A DNA stretch of 64,000 nt from Candidatus Sumerlaeales bacterium (GCA_038243585.1 JBBSQY010000005.1:1-64000), one strand, 5' to 3'. Positions 18,926 through 29,597 are shown, counted from the stretch's first letter. Numbers and translations: made by a program. The notes: generated by a model from the letters alone, not told the origin.

Positions 18926-20029
18926 TTGTTTGTGCTTGAAATTGACATAACTGAGATACTATTCTGGCCTGTGGCCACTTTTGTTTTTATTTGGGGACTC
19001 GTGTGGGGAAGCTTCTTCAACGTCTGCATATACAGAATCCCCGCGGGCAAAAGTGTCTCTGTCCCGGGCTCGCACTGCTACACCTGCGGGTCGCCGGTTT
19101 CCTGGTACGACAACATCCCGCTCATCAGTTACCTGGCGCTCCGGGGCAACTGTCGCAATTGCGGGTCTCACTTTTCTCCCCGATACTTGTTTATTGAACT
19201 TTTAACCGGGCTTTTGTTTCTGGCCACCTTCGTATCTTTTGGGATTCAGTGGCAAACCCCTTTCCACATGGTGTTTATCTCATTTCTTATTATCGGTACT
19301 TTTACGGATATTGATCACTTTATTATTCCAGATCGCATCACCTTAGGGGGCACTGGTTTTGCCGTCGTAGCAACTGGTCTTCTAGGGAGTCATGCGTTTA
19401 TCGCAGATCAGTACGTCATGACTCTGGAACTGTGGCGCCTATTGAGTTTTCAGTGGGAAGTCAGCCCTGTCGTGGAGCCTCTACCTGGATACCTTCCGTT
19501 CCTTTTCAGCCTCTTCAGTGCTGCGTTTGGCTATGCCATGTTATGGAGCGTTGGTTTCTTCGGAAAGCTTCTATTCAGAAAAGAAGCCATGGGCATGGGA
19601 GACGTCAAACTTTTCGCTTTCCTGGGAGCCTGGATGGGCGCCCTTAATTGCATTTGGATATTATTCTTTTCAGCGCTGGTAGGTGCAGTGGTTGGCCTGT
19701 CATTGCTTCTGGCCCATCACCTGGCGGGGAAAGATGAGTATGAAACTTTGGAACTAGATGCTCAGCCAACCGTAAAATCTCAATGGCTAACCGCGAGAAT
19801 ACCAGAAACAACGACAACAGTAGCGGACAACGCAGATATGGAAAATGCAGCGCTAGCTAATGGTTCTGTCCAGCAGGATCAACCGCTCAGGCTGCAGTTT
19901 TCTCGGAGAACATCCCGCCAAATGCATCATTTCCCGTATGGCCCATACATTGCCATTGCGGCTATCATAATATTACTGCTTCATGATATTGTTGAGCGGG
20001 CCGCCAGGGAATTCTTTATGTTAGGGTAA
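18926..20029 (+). CDS. pilD: Prepilin peptidase / N-methyltransferase (A24)
   Basis: GSFFNVCIYRIP, CYTC and CRNC pairs, DID...IPD, MGMGDVK, PYGPYI. Confidence 0.95.
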   Translation: MFVLEIDITEILFWPVATFVFIWGLVWGSFFNVCIYRIPAGKSVSVPGSHCYTCGSPVSWYDNIPLISYLALRGNCRNCGSHFSPRYLFIELLTGLLFLATFVSFGIQWQTPFHMVFISFLIIGTFTDIDHFIIPDRITLGGTGFAVVATGLLGSHAFIADQYVMTLELWRLLSFQWEVSPVVEPLPGYLPFLFSLFSAAFGYAMLWSVGFFGKLLFRKEAMGMGDVKLFAFLGAWMGALNCIWILFFSALVGAVVGLSLLLAHHLAGKDEYETLELDAQPTVKSQWLTARIPETTTTVADNADMENAALANGSVQQDQPLRLQFSRRTSRQMHHFPYGPYIAIAAIIILLLHDIVERAAREFFMLG

Positions 20030-20033
20030 CAAA

Positions 20034-21194
20034 ATGAGCATACAAAAACATTTTCATTTAGTTAACGCCGCGTTAGCGACAGCTATTGCTATTTATGTCA
20101 CAACCGCATCAGGGCAGGAGATATCCGGACCATCGCCGACAGATCTTCCGAAAGATATGAAAGCTGTATATGGGGCCCCGGATCGAGTAAGTGAAGATTT
20201 TGAGACGCACGGTATTGGCAAATCGGAAAAGGAACTGCTGAAATTCCTTCAAGACGGATTGCCACGCACGTCAAATCTCCCCAGCCGGCCCGTTGAAAAA
20301 AGCCAGCTTGTCATTGATGCCATGGCTCTTCTCGCCAATATGCGCTCGCAGGCGGCAGTGCCCCTTCTTGCGCAAATTGCTCGTTTTGATACCACGGTTG
20401 GGGCGTTTCGCGTAATAGAATATGATGTGAGTAAGTCTTCGCCACAGGCCCGTGACGATTTCCGAGTCCGAGCATACCGGCTGATTCAGTATAATGCCAT
20501 TAATGCATTGGGTCTTATTGGCGATCCAAGGGCCACAGATCTTATTAGATCGATTTTGCAACAGGAGCAGGCAGCGGGCGCTCAGATACAGTACTCCTTA
20601 TGTCTAGCGAGCCTTGGCGACCCGTCAGGGGTTGGTTACCTGGTTAATCTGATTGCTAAGAAAAACAGACGGGACAGCGCAGCGGCGGCTAAAGCGTTTT
20701 ACTACATAACTGGTCAGGATTTTGGATATACGGAAAATTCTCCCGTTCGAGCAAGAGAGGCACTGCCGGCCCAATATACGCAATGGTGGAACCAGCAAAA
20801 AGGATCTTTTCGTGTAGACCCCCAAGCTGTGCGTGAACGCCGCCTGCAATCAAAAACAAAAAACGTTTATGCCGCCCGCTCAACTCGCGATCTGCTTAAA
20901 CTTGCAACAAATTATTTTGATTTCAATAACACGTCCGGTTCCCGCGATGCCCGGCAAACACTTAAAGATGCCGGCACGAACCTGAATGCCGAACTGGCAA
21001 AAATCGCTCAGGATCCCATGGAGGATTTGGACGTGAGGACAGAGGCGCTGAACTGGTATTTCGAAGGAAATCGATCAGACCCACTGGACATTCTTAAAAA
21101 GCTTCTTCGCGACGAGAACCCTGAAATTGCAGATAAAGCAAATACACTCATTGACCAGATTGCGGAGGAATCTCGCATGAGGGGCAGTTTGTGA
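20034..21194 (+). CDS. Exported HEAT-repeat protein
   Basis: Signal peptide; repeats such as AINALGLIGDPRA, LASLGDPSGVGYL, LKKLLRDENPEIA. Confidence 0.75.
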   Translation: MSIQKHFHLVNAALATAIAIYVTTASGQEISGPSPTDLPKDMKAVYGAPDRVSEDFETHGIGKSEKELLKFLQDGLPRTSNLPSRPVEKSQLVIDAMALLANMRSQAAVPLLAQIARFDTTVGAFRVIEYDVSKSSPQARDDFRVRAYRLIQYNAINALGLIGDPRATDLIRSILQQEQAAGAQIQYSLCLASLGDPSGVGYLVNLIAKKNRRDSAAAAKAFYYITGQDFGYTENSPVRAREALPAQYTQWWNQQKGSFRVDPQAVRERRLQSKTKNVYAARSTRDLLKLATNYFDFNNTSGSRDARQTLKDAGTNLNAELAKIAQDPMEDLDVRTEALNWYFEGNRSDPLDILKKLLRDENPEIADKANTLIDQIAEESRMRGSL

Positions 21195-22663
21195 GCGACT
21201 TTGGCGACACCACCCCATCACCTGTACAACAACGCAGTAATGCGGTAGATGCTTACGATTTTTTAATTGCGGCCAGCGCCGGCGCCACAGGTATGTTGGT
21301 GCTGCTCGCTGCGTTTTTTTCTACAGGCATATTGTCATCTGGTGGACTTGTTACCACTATTATTCTTCCCTTGGCGTTTGTCAGTACCGGGCTGATCGCC
21401 CTGCTAAAACCTCACTGGACTTTTTATGGATTTATAACCCTCAGCATGGTATTTCCCCATGAGCTGGATGGTTTTTTTATTCCGCTCACCTTTATGAAAG
21501 TATACCCACAGGATTTGCTTTATCTTTTCCTGATCGCGGTTTGCCTGTTTAAAGCTTTCGCAGGAAAACTGCATTTTCATCAGCTTAAGTATAACAAATG
21601 GATGGTTCTATACATCGGGCTTGGTATGTACTCAGCCGCAGTTGGATTGCTTTTAACTGGGAATGAATACGACAATGTCTTCGGTGATTTCAGGCGTTCC
21701 TTCTTCTATTTCCTTTCCTACTTCTTTGCACTAGCCCTCACTGGTATGCCACGGGAAATTAAGTTTCTTAAACTGGCTCTGTGTGCGGGAGCCATCGCAG
21801 TCATCTTTCGCGGAATCTTGCAGGCGGCTCTGGGTGACTTCGTCACACGCCGCTTTGGCGATGCCGCACATATCATGAACCATTTCGAGGTTACCTTTAG
21901 CACTCTGGCAATTTATATCGGACTTGTCAAATTGACTTTAGGAACACGTCACCGACTGCTCTGGCTTGCATTAAGTCTTTCTGGCACATTGATTGTGGTT
22001 CTCGGCAATTTCCGCACTTGCTGGATTGGCTTGTTCGGCGGCTTAGCGGTTTTGTTCTTTCTACTTCCGAGCGTTCATAAGCGTCAGTTGTTGATCATCA
22101 CGTCTATCGCATTTATAATAGGCGCAGGTTTTCTGGCAGCCCTTTGGAATGTGGATATTCAGGAAAGTCACTCTACAATTGGAGAAAACATATTTAAGAA
22201 AGCGGATCTAACAGCGACGAGATCAGACACTAACGTTTCATGGCGCATGGATTCTTATGAGAACGCGGTAAGACTTTGGAAAACCCAACCAATAGCTGGC
22301 AGGGGCCTTGGCGAAGAACTGGAGTTTATCACCACAACCAGCACTGGAAAACCGATGATGGCCATGGGCCACCGTGTCCATAACAGTTACTTATGGCTGC
22401 TCATGTCTCTGGGAGTAGTTGGATTTGCCGTACTATGTTATATCCATTGGCGTTACATTTGCACAATTTATGCTACGCTTAAACTGCCGGGCCTCACAAA
22501 AGGCGGCAGGACGACATTAACTGTCGGATCAGCGTTTTATGCCACCATCCTTATTAGCGCGCTTTTTGACGTGTATCTGGAAAGCGCGCCACCAATTACT
22601 ATCCTAAGCGTAGTAATGGCCTTGTGCCTTTTGACAGTCCGATATGAAGGCCTCAGAATATAA
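21191..22663 (+). CDS. O-antigen ligase / O-oligosaccharyltransferase (Wzy_C) family membrane protein
   Basis: Polytopic; FRTCWIG, SWR...A..LW...PIAGRGLG, HNSYL.LL..LGVVG. GTGA overlap with the upstream gene. Confidence 0.85.
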   Translation: MSDFGDTTPSPVQQRSNAVDAYDFLIAASAGATGMLVLLAAFFSTGILSSGGLVTTIILPLAFVSTGLIALLKPHWTFYGFITLSMVFPHELDGFFIPLTFMKVYPQDLLYLFLIAVCLFKAFAGKLHFHQLKYNKWMVLYIGLGMYSAAVGLLLTGNEYDNVFGDFRRSFFYFLSYFFALALTGMPREIKFLKLALCAGAIAVIFRGILQAALGDFVTRRFGDAAHIMNHFEVTFSTLAIYIGLVKLTLGTRHRLLWLALSLSGTLIVVLGNFRTCWIGLFGGLAVLFFLLPSVHKRQLLIITSIAFIIGAGFLAALWNVDIQESHSTIGENIFKKADLTATRSDTNVSWRMDSYENAVRLWKTQPIAGRGLGEELEFITTTSTGKPMMAMGHRVHNSYLWLLMSLGVVGFAVLCYIHWRYICTIYATLKLPGLTKGGRTTLTVGSAFYATILISALFDVYLESAPPITILSVVMALCLLTVRYEGLRI

Positions 22664-23684
22664 TATCATGAAGCTCAGGTTTTATCTCCGTGGCTCGCCT
22701 GAGCGCGGAAGCAGCCTGCCTTGATTTTCCAGCCTGATGGTACGCTTTCGCGAGGCTCAACTGGACATCGCCACTATTTGGAGCCAGCGCATCCGCCTGT
22801 CCCAACACCCGAACCGCCTCTTGAGTGTCGGCCGCCTCCATTAAATAGTTACCGTACATGTGAAGATATGAGGCGTCCAGCCAGCCACCGAAAGCTAAAC
22901 CAGGTTGCATTACTTCCGCCGCCTCGGCCATTTTCCCGTTAACTGCCAACGCCATCCCCAGCTCTTGCCTGTACGTCAAATTTTTCCCATCTTCCTTTAC
23001 AGCCAGTTCCAGCTCAACGATCGCATCATCAACTTGCTGAGTTTTTAATAAAACCCTCGCCTTAACCCACCGCGCTTTTGCGGTCAGCGGATATGAACTG
23101 TAAAGGTCATCCAAAACCGCAAGGGATTCCGGAATCTGATTATTAGTTTCGTATAATTGAGCCAGCAATAAGACTGGCTCGGGAGAAGTCGCCGAGGCCT
23201 CTCTTGCCTGCTGGATATAACTCAGGGCGTCAGTCGTATCACTCTGAGAAATAAAAGCGCGGGAGTGAGCCAGAAGCTCTTCCAAGTGATTCCCTGATGC
23301 GTCATGTACCTGGCCCAGCAATTCATAATACATCGTGCGTTCAGATGAAAATTCTGGCCGAATATCTGCCTGAAAAGCCTGATCAAAAAGCCGTAGAGTT
23401 GTTTGCAGTTGCTTGTTTGCAGCTGGGATAATCACTTTTCTTGAAGATTCCAGATTAAGTACTTCTGATTCTTCAAGAACTTTACGCGCGTTTTTTTCCG
23501 CCTCAGCATACAAAACCTCAGCCTTTTGCCCTCGACTTACATTAACATAATTAATGCGGTCAATAATACGAAGAGCATTGGCTTGCAGGAGGAGCAATGC
23601 CACTATAGCGCATGCCAACAACGCCAGCCAGATCGACAGGGTGATAACCAGTTCTTTTCGCGAGTGAGCGCCAACAAGTTTCAT
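22653..23684 (-). CDS. Membrane-anchored tetratricopeptide-repeat protein
   Basis: N-terminal TM helix, several TPR units (e.g. LSLAKAYHQAGK..QA...LRRA.EI.P); ATGA overlap with the C25 gene. Confidence 0.85.
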   Translation of the reverse strand: MKLVGAHSRKELVITLSIWLALLACAIVALLLLQANALRIIDRINYVNVSRGQKAEVLYAEAEKNARKVLEESEVLNLESSRKVIIPAANKQLQTTLRLFDQAFQADIRPEFSSERTMYYELLGQVHDASGNHLEELLAHSRAFISQSDTTDALSYIQQAREASATSPEPVLLLAQLYETNNQIPESLAVLDDLYSSYPLTAKARWVKARVLLKTQQVDDAIVELELAVKEDGKNLTYRQELGMALAVNGKMAEAAEVMQPGLAFGGWLDASYLHMYGNYLMEAADTQEAVRVLGQADALAPNSGDVQLSLAKAYHQAGKSRQAASALRRATEIKPELHDIIF

Positions 23685-26600
23685 GGACGTACGATCCTGA
23701 AATTTTTGAGATAAGGTTTTTCATTAGTCACTGGCACTCCAGTTATCCGCACCTGAAGGTATTCTGCGGCTGTCATCTGCACACTCCACAAATTCTCAGA
23801 TTTGGTCCAGTCTGACCATGAAATATTGCCTTCTCCTACAGTTTCGCCACTTCGCCAATCCACAAAAACTGACGCCCACTTGCTTTGGTCATTGGTGTCC
23901 ATTTCAAAATTTAAAGGGGTAAAGCGAAGGTCTTCATGCAACAGGTAAGGCGGGGATTCCCACTCAGCCGCGCTTGGAAGAAACTTTAAATAACCCACAT
24001 TAAAACCTTCGGCACCGGATTTCCGAATCTGCCATGAAATTGTGCCGTTTTGACTGGCGACAAGTCCCAGGGATAAGCGCTTGTTGTTCCCAACATCCCC
24101 AATAAAAGTCGGTGTAACCCACTCTGCGGTCTCGTCAAAACGTGTTTGAAGTGGAATAATGGCTCCCGGATACGGGTCTAAATACGCTTCCAAAACTCCA
24201 GGGACGTCATGAGCCAGGGATTCAACAGGCATCGTAATACCAAGCGGACCCGGAGATTCACTCGCGCCCACAGTAATTCGCCACGGTATCACTCTCCATG
24301 ATCCATCTGAAACCGAATCAAGGGAGGTCACACTCCCCGAAGTTACATCATTTTGCGTCGGGAGCAGGAAATTGCTGGCTGATGTAAAGTCCGATGCTAT
24401 ACGGAGATGGTCTCCCAGGGGCATAATGAAGTTATACAAGCCGCCCAGCGTGATCGAGGAGGATAGGCTGGTGGATGTTTCGAAGTCAGGAATATTGCTG
24501 ACAATCATGCTTGCGCTTTTAACTTTATTGTCAGCCATATCTGCTTCTTCTATCTCGAAGTCAGAATTAACAAACACATAGACCTGATCGAAGTCATCCG
24601 GGGCTACTAGCTCCTGTGTAACAGTAGCCACCCCCTCTGTAAAGCTAATGGGAAATTTACTGGAAGACGTTTTATTGTCATATGTACGCTCCCATCCTAA
24701 CTCAACTTTAACTGGCCGATCGTTTAAATGGTCTCCATTGGACAACACCGCGGAAACCGTAACTGTTGTGCCAGGTCTAGCATAATGCGGGGTCACCTCA
24801 AAACTTTTCACACTAAAATTGCCAATTGGGAGAACAGTAAATTCGGGGATAAGAAGGGAATTATCTGTAAAATCCGATTCCATAACAATTTTATTGTTGT
24901 TAGCCACAAGGTAAATAGCTGGATAGGTTCCCGAAGCAGAAGCCTCCCACCTAAAAATTACTTTACTAGATTCTCCGGGCCCCAGGTGATCTATCCTCAA
25001 ACTTGATGCCTCATTAATGGTCTGTAACTCAGAGCCAGTAGAGGGATCATCTCGTAACGCCTGAATTGTAAAGTTTTCAGCTGCTCGTTGGCCAGTATTC
25101 AGTAGTTCACCTTCCAGAAAAATAGTAGCTCCCGATACCATTTTGCCATTACCTGAGTAAGCCCGTCCAGAATTGGGAATAAATTTCAATGCAGCCGCAC
25201 CGCTTACAGGAACCTCAAATGTGGCGGTGGTAACGGGTTCGCTTTTACCGCTGGTAGCCAGTGGATAAACCTCAAGCTGAACAGTTGCAGACGATGAATC
25301 GATCAGCCCTTTCATTGGCATGTCGAAATCTATGAACTCTGAAGCGGATGTTATTTCCAGACTGGAAACTTCGCCGATATGCCGTCCGTCATGGAGGGCT
25401 GCGATTCGCACGGCGCCAGTGGTTTGTTCAGACTTTATCTGAAAGTGGTAGATTGACGCAGATGCGCTGCTGGTATCATACGGTTCTGCCTGATGAACAA
25501 TATCAAACCCGCCCCCAGTAAGGCGTGTTCTCTGAGCCACCAGCCCATCTGCCACGTGGAATTGGGGAAGAACTCTGAAAGCTGTACCTGCCAAGTGTGT
25601 TTCCCCAGCGGTTTCCACCTCCAATAATGCCATCACCATTCCGCCTTTGTAGCTTTGCGGAATATTAACGCGCCAGGAACTTTCTCCACTTCCGACCGAG
25701 ACGGTCGCCAGATCGGCAGTTTCGCCCGAAGTCGAAAGTTTTAGTGTACCAGTGGACGCAGTAGGAGCTCCATTTCTTAGCATGATTGCTACGGTCGACC
25801 CTTCTCCAGCTCGAATCTCCGCCGGCTCTGCTATAAGGTCAGCAGTTACCAAAGGCATACGCAAAGCAACCGTTGGATCGCCAAGTAACAGATATTGCTC
25901 CGGAATTGAAGCGGATCTAGTGATGGCGTAATAGCGGTTCTGCGCATAAAACACCGCATCGCCAATTCGACGGAGCTGTGTGCGAAGGATTCCTTCCATC
26001 AAGCCTTGAACCAAGGTGGAGTGTTCATAAGGACTGGCCCCCGCCACGGGTCCAAACACTCCTATTGCTCCACCATCCGGCTTCAAAACAAGTTCTTCCC
26101 CCATGGAGACTTTCACAGGGGGCATGGGATAGCTAATCCAAGCGTTATCACAACTCGCACAAGTGATTAAAGGCAAGCGCGCCTTATTAGTGACAAAGTC
26201 CAAATCACTTAAGTGAAACAATCGTTCATGAGACCAGAGATTTGGCCCACCATGACCAAAGAAGTTTAATACCCCAAGACCCGCATTAAATGAATCGACT
26301 ACTGCCTGCGTAGCAGTCCACGATCGTTTTTTACCCGCAACGCGAAGGTTCGGCACGTACTCATAATCCCACTGCCTAAGAAGCCTTGCATCAGCAAGCG
26401 GTGCCATCGCGGAAGACATAATCTGATCAACGACATCAGGAAATTCGTCATTGTCATCCATGATAAATTCCGCAATGCGACTCCAGGGGCCGGCTTTTCC
26501 TTGAGTATAGGCATCGTGTTTTGCCATATAATCAGCTAACTGCTCAGGATTAGCAGCCGGTATGCGGCCTACGATAAAGTCAGCTACAAGGTCTGAACCC

Positions 26601-28711
26601 AGCACCGACGCATACCTTTCATCCCCTTGAGGAGATTCCGGCATGTTTGCTGAGGAGGCTGGAATCATGTCCAGCTGAACGCCTGGCGGCGCAAGACGGG
26701 GATCTCCCCGGTAATCGCTAGCTTCCCCAATTAAAGTGACGTACTGAGGCGCAGGCGATTGCCCTTTATAAAACATATACCTCAGAACGCTTTGGATTGC
26801 AGCAGGATCTGGACGACCGTACGAAAATGTGTTATAGATAGCATCCGTGACTAAAAGCGTGGAACTTAATCCCTGTTCTTTATGCTTTTCCAGCAGGCGA
26901 GATGCCATTTCCGCCATTTCCGGAGTCGTAATTATAACTGACTGAGCCGAAACAAAATCGTTCAACTTAAAGGGATCTGCCCGTGTTGGCAGATATATGC
27001 GGTCGGGAGCTTCCGTGTTGGCTACCATATACTCCGAAAATACACTAGTTTCGCTGACCGCAGCGCTATCCACGCTTGATAATAAAACTGGCTCGGACTC
27101 AAAACCAAAAACGACAACATTCTTTGGAATCGCTTCTAAAAACTGTAGTTCCAATGAGCCCGTGCTTGAAGATGCGTCGAGGTTAAAATTGTACCCCTGC
27201 CCTTTTGGAATCGCTAACTCCTGCTTCCATTCTGTTTCAATATCCTGAATTACTACTGGTCTTTGATCATTTGTAGTTTCGTAATCCAGCAGCAATGCAA
27301 TCTGATTTAAGCCGGGATGAAAAAGATTAGCAGGCAAATCAAGTACAGCGCTTCCCATCTGTGTGGCAAGCTTGGTTTTAAAAACTTCCCCGTTCCCAGC
27401 ATATATTACCAACTCTGGAGGAACCGGCGGGAAATTTGTAAACCCATATCGCAATGTGGTGCGTATGGTGGTTCCTGGCGCGGGTGCAAAGTGGTCAGGG
27501 AATTCTAGTTCAAGCTTTGTAGATAAACCTGCATTTACATCTGTCCAATACCATTTATCCAGACCTGGGCCAGCCTTTAACTTTGGGTTGAAATTCGTTA
27601 GTTCTCTATGATTAATTTTAAAGGTTCCAACGGATGATACGCTCGTACCGCCTGACCCGGAATCAACTTGTGCTGATAGCGCCTCGGCTACCAGTCGTGC
27701 CGGCTTTAGTGCCACGGAATCGGATCCACTGGTATCCAACCAATAAACTATTTCCTGCAAACCTTCCGCAGGAGTTTTACCAACAGGGAGAAAAACAGCG
27801 TTGTCGACGCCCGCAGGATCCTGATATAATGGCACTTCCTCCCCGTTCTTGTATACGCGCCATTGGGAAGGGGTCGTTGCGGTAACAGCTGAAGCAACCC
27901 CTTTTAGATCGTCCAGAGACAATCTATAAAAGCCTCCCTGGAAAACACTAAAGCGGAACAAGTTTCCAGAATCGGCAGCTTTAGACGCCAGCTCCGACCA
28001 TCTGGTCCAGGCATCCACCGGATCGGCATATTCATTAACATAGTAGGCGGAATCAATATCAGGATTAATCAAAAGCCCACCTGTCAGATTGTTTCCGCCG
28101 AAGCCACCAGACCATCTGTCGACGACGTGGCTTTCGGACGATTTAGCTGGACCGATATCTACGTTAATGGAAGCGTCTTTTAGAATCCAAAAACCATCTA
28201 ATCCAGATGGCGATACTGTCGTAAGGGTCAGCGAATATAGCCAATACTGGCGCATCAACCCTAAATCGGCTACGCGAGTCATATTTTGCTTTAACTGATC
28301 AGGAATTTCAGCAGTAGACGTAGTTTCAAGACCATTTTTCAAGTGTATGAACACGGCAGAATTTATGGAGATGGTCGGAATCTGACCTTTGACACCTGCC
28401 ACCATCCATGTCTGAGTCTGTTGGCGATTGCTTTTCCCTGGATTGAGGTTCAGATTCGAAAAGTTTAGACGTAAGGATTGTGAGGTTACATCTTCTCGGG
28501 TCACCCGCATATCGCCTACCGGATATGGGCGTGCTGATAATTCGAGCGGAGCAGCTGCCGTGGCTGCTTCAATGCAAAATACAAATCCCAGCAGAAGCAA
28601 CCCGAGGACTTGAACAACCAAACAACGGGATTGTCCCGAACCCCACCGACCTGAACGTTCGAAGCGCAATAATGACTCCAGATATTGTATTACCATTAAT
28701 GGTACCACCAA
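23681..28711 (-). CDS. Large exported C25 (gingipain/PorU-like) cysteine peptidase with CARDB-like Ig domains
   Basis: IY..FS.G..DP.AI, YVTLIG, VGRIPA, LNFFGHG (His), ITCASC (Cys), MGE.L....GGAI, YLLLGDP; CARDB-like N.G...A and ES...DN / EE...DN segments. Confidence 0.85.
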   Translation of the reverse strand: MVVPLMVIQYLESLLRFERSGRWGSGQSRCLVVQVLGLLLLGFVFCIEAATAAAPLELSARPYPVGDMRVTREDVTSQSLRLNFSNLNLNPGKSNRQQTQTWMVAGVKGQIPTISINSAVFIHLKNGLETTSTAEIPDQLKQNMTRVADLGLMRQYWLYSLTLTTVSPSGLDGFWILKDASINVDIGPAKSSESHVVDRWSGGFGGNNLTGGLLINPDIDSAYYVNEYADPVDAWTRWSELASKAADSGNLFRFSVFQGGFYRLSLDDLKGVASAVTATTPSQWRVYKNGEEVPLYQDPAGVDNAVFLPVGKTPAEGLQEIVYWLDTSGSDSVALKPARLVAEALSAQVDSGSGGTSVSSVGTFKINHRELTNFNPKLKAGPGLDKWYWTDVNAGLSTKLELEFPDHFAPAPGTTIRTTLRYGFTNFPPVPPELVIYAGNGEVFKTKLATQMGSAVLDLPANLFHPGLNQIALLLDYETTNDQRPVVIQDIETEWKQELAIPKGQGYNFNLDASSSTGSLELQFLEAIPKNVVVFGFESEPVLLSSVDSAAVSETSVFSEYMVANTEAPDRIYLPTRADPFKLNDFVSAQSVIITTPEMAEMASRLLEKHKEQGLSSTLLVTDAIYNTFSYGRPDPAAIQSVLRYMFYKGQSPAPQYVTLIGEASDYRGDPRLAPPGVQLDMIPASSANMPESPQGDERYASVLGSDLVADFIVGRIPAANPEQLADYMAKHDAYTQGKAGPWSRIAEFIMDDNDEFPDVVDQIMSSAMAPLADARLLRQWDYEYVPNLRVAGKKRSWTATQAVVDSFNAGLGVLNFFGHGGPNLWSHERLFHLSDLDFVTNKARLPLITCASCDNAWISYPMPPVKVSMGEELVLKPDGGAIGVFGPVAGASPYEHSTLVQGLMEGILRTQLRRIGDAVFYAQNRYYAITRSASIPEQYLLLGDPTVALRMPLVTADLIAEPAEIRAGEGSTVAIMLRNGAPTASTGTLKLSTSGETADLATVSVGSGESSWRVNIPQSYKGGMVMALLEVETAGETHLAGTAFRVLPQFHVADGLVAQRTRLTGGGFDIVHQAEPYDTSSASASIYHFQIKSEQTTGAVRIAALHDGRHIGEVSSLEITSASEFIDFDMPMKGLIDSSSATVQLEVYPLATSGKSEPVTTATFEVPVSGAAALKFIPNSGRAYSGNGKMVSGATIFLEGELLNTGQRAAENFTIQALRDDPSTGSELQTINEASSLRIDHLGPGESSKVIFRWEASASGTYPAIYLVANNNKIVMESDFTDNSLLIPEFTVLPIGNFSVKSFEVTPHYARPGTTVTVSAVLSNGDHLNDRPVKVELGWERTYDNKTSSSKFPISFTEGVATVTQELVAPDDFDQVYVFVNSDFEIEEADMADNKVKSASMIVSNIPDFETSTSLSSSITLGGLYNFIMPLGDHLRIASDFTSASNFLLPTQNDVTSGSVTSLDSVSDGSWRVIPWRITVGASESPGPLGITMPVESLAHDVPGVLEAYLDPYPGAIIPLQTRFDETAEWVTPTFIGDVGNNKRLSLGLVASQNGTISWQIRKSGAEGFNVGYLKFLPSAAEWESPPYLLHEDLRFTPLNFEMDTNDQSKWASVFVDWRSGETVGEGNISWSDWTKSENLWSVQMTAAEYLQVRITGVPVTNEKPYLKNFRIVRP

Positions 28712-28787
28712 TGCTTTTTCTGTCAGCTAACTAGTGCAAGGCTGTTCTGCTGTTAAATCCACGAATTGATAATCCTGCCCCCTGACT

Positions 28788-29528
28788 ATGATCTTCGAAG
28801 TCCTGACTATATTTCCTGAAATTATCGAGAATTACTTGTCCTCTGCCATAATGAAGCGCGCTGAGCAGGCCGACGTTACCCATTTCCATGTTCGCAATAT
28901 CCGCGATTTCGCATTGGATAAGCACCACACCACGGACGACATGCCCTTTGGCGGCGGCCCTGGCATGGTAATGAAAGCGGAACCAGTTTCGGCGGCCATC
29001 GAATTTGCATCCTCAGCTCATGCTCCTGAAAAGTTACCGGTCGTTTATTTAAGCCCTCAGGGCCAAACATGGAACCAGGCCTTGGCCCGCGAGTTCAGCG
29101 CGATGCCGGGCATAATTCTACTTTGCGGCCGCTATGAGGGTCTGGACGAGCGGATTATTGAAAAACACGTAGATCTGGAAATTTCTGTGGGCGACTACGT
29201 GCTGACTGGCGGCGAGCTTGGCGCGTTAATCATGATCGATTCTATCACCCGCTTACTTCCCGGCGTCCTTGGAAACAGCGATAGTGCCCAGCAGGACAGC
29301 TTTTCCGAAGACGGGTTATTAGACTGCCCACATTATACCCGACCGGAATTCTGGAATGAAATGCGCGTCCCTGAAGTGCTGATGTCTGGGCATCACGCGA
29401 AGATAAAGGAATGGCGTCGTCAAATGTCGCTGCTGCGTACGAAGAGTCGCCGACCGGACATGTGGAAAAATATCGAGTCGGTGTTATCAAAAGAAGATAA
29501 AAAACTGCTGGAAATCGATACAAATTAA
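28788..29528 (+). CDS. trmD: tRNA (guanine37-N1)-methyltransferase
   Basis: DD.PFGGGPGMVMK, LSPQG, CGRYEG.DER, SVGDYVLTGGE, YTRP, SGHH. Confidence 0.98.
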   Translation: MIFEVLTIFPEIIENYLSSAIMKRAEQADVTHFHVRNIRDFALDKHHTTDDMPFGGGPGMVMKAEPVSAAIEFASSAHAPEKLPVVYLSPQGQTWNQALAREFSAMPGIILLCGRYEGLDERIIEKHVDLEISVGDYVLTGGELGALIMIDSITRLLPGVLGNSDSAQQDSFSEDGLLDCPHYTRPEFWNEMRVPEVLMSGHHAKIKEWRRQMSLLRTKSRRPDMWKNIESVLSKEDKKLLEIDTN

Positions 29529-29597
29529 ATTAGAGATCAACAATGCGCTTTTCAGGTCTATCTCTTGATCAATTCAGTAGGTTGCACTTGGACTTTT

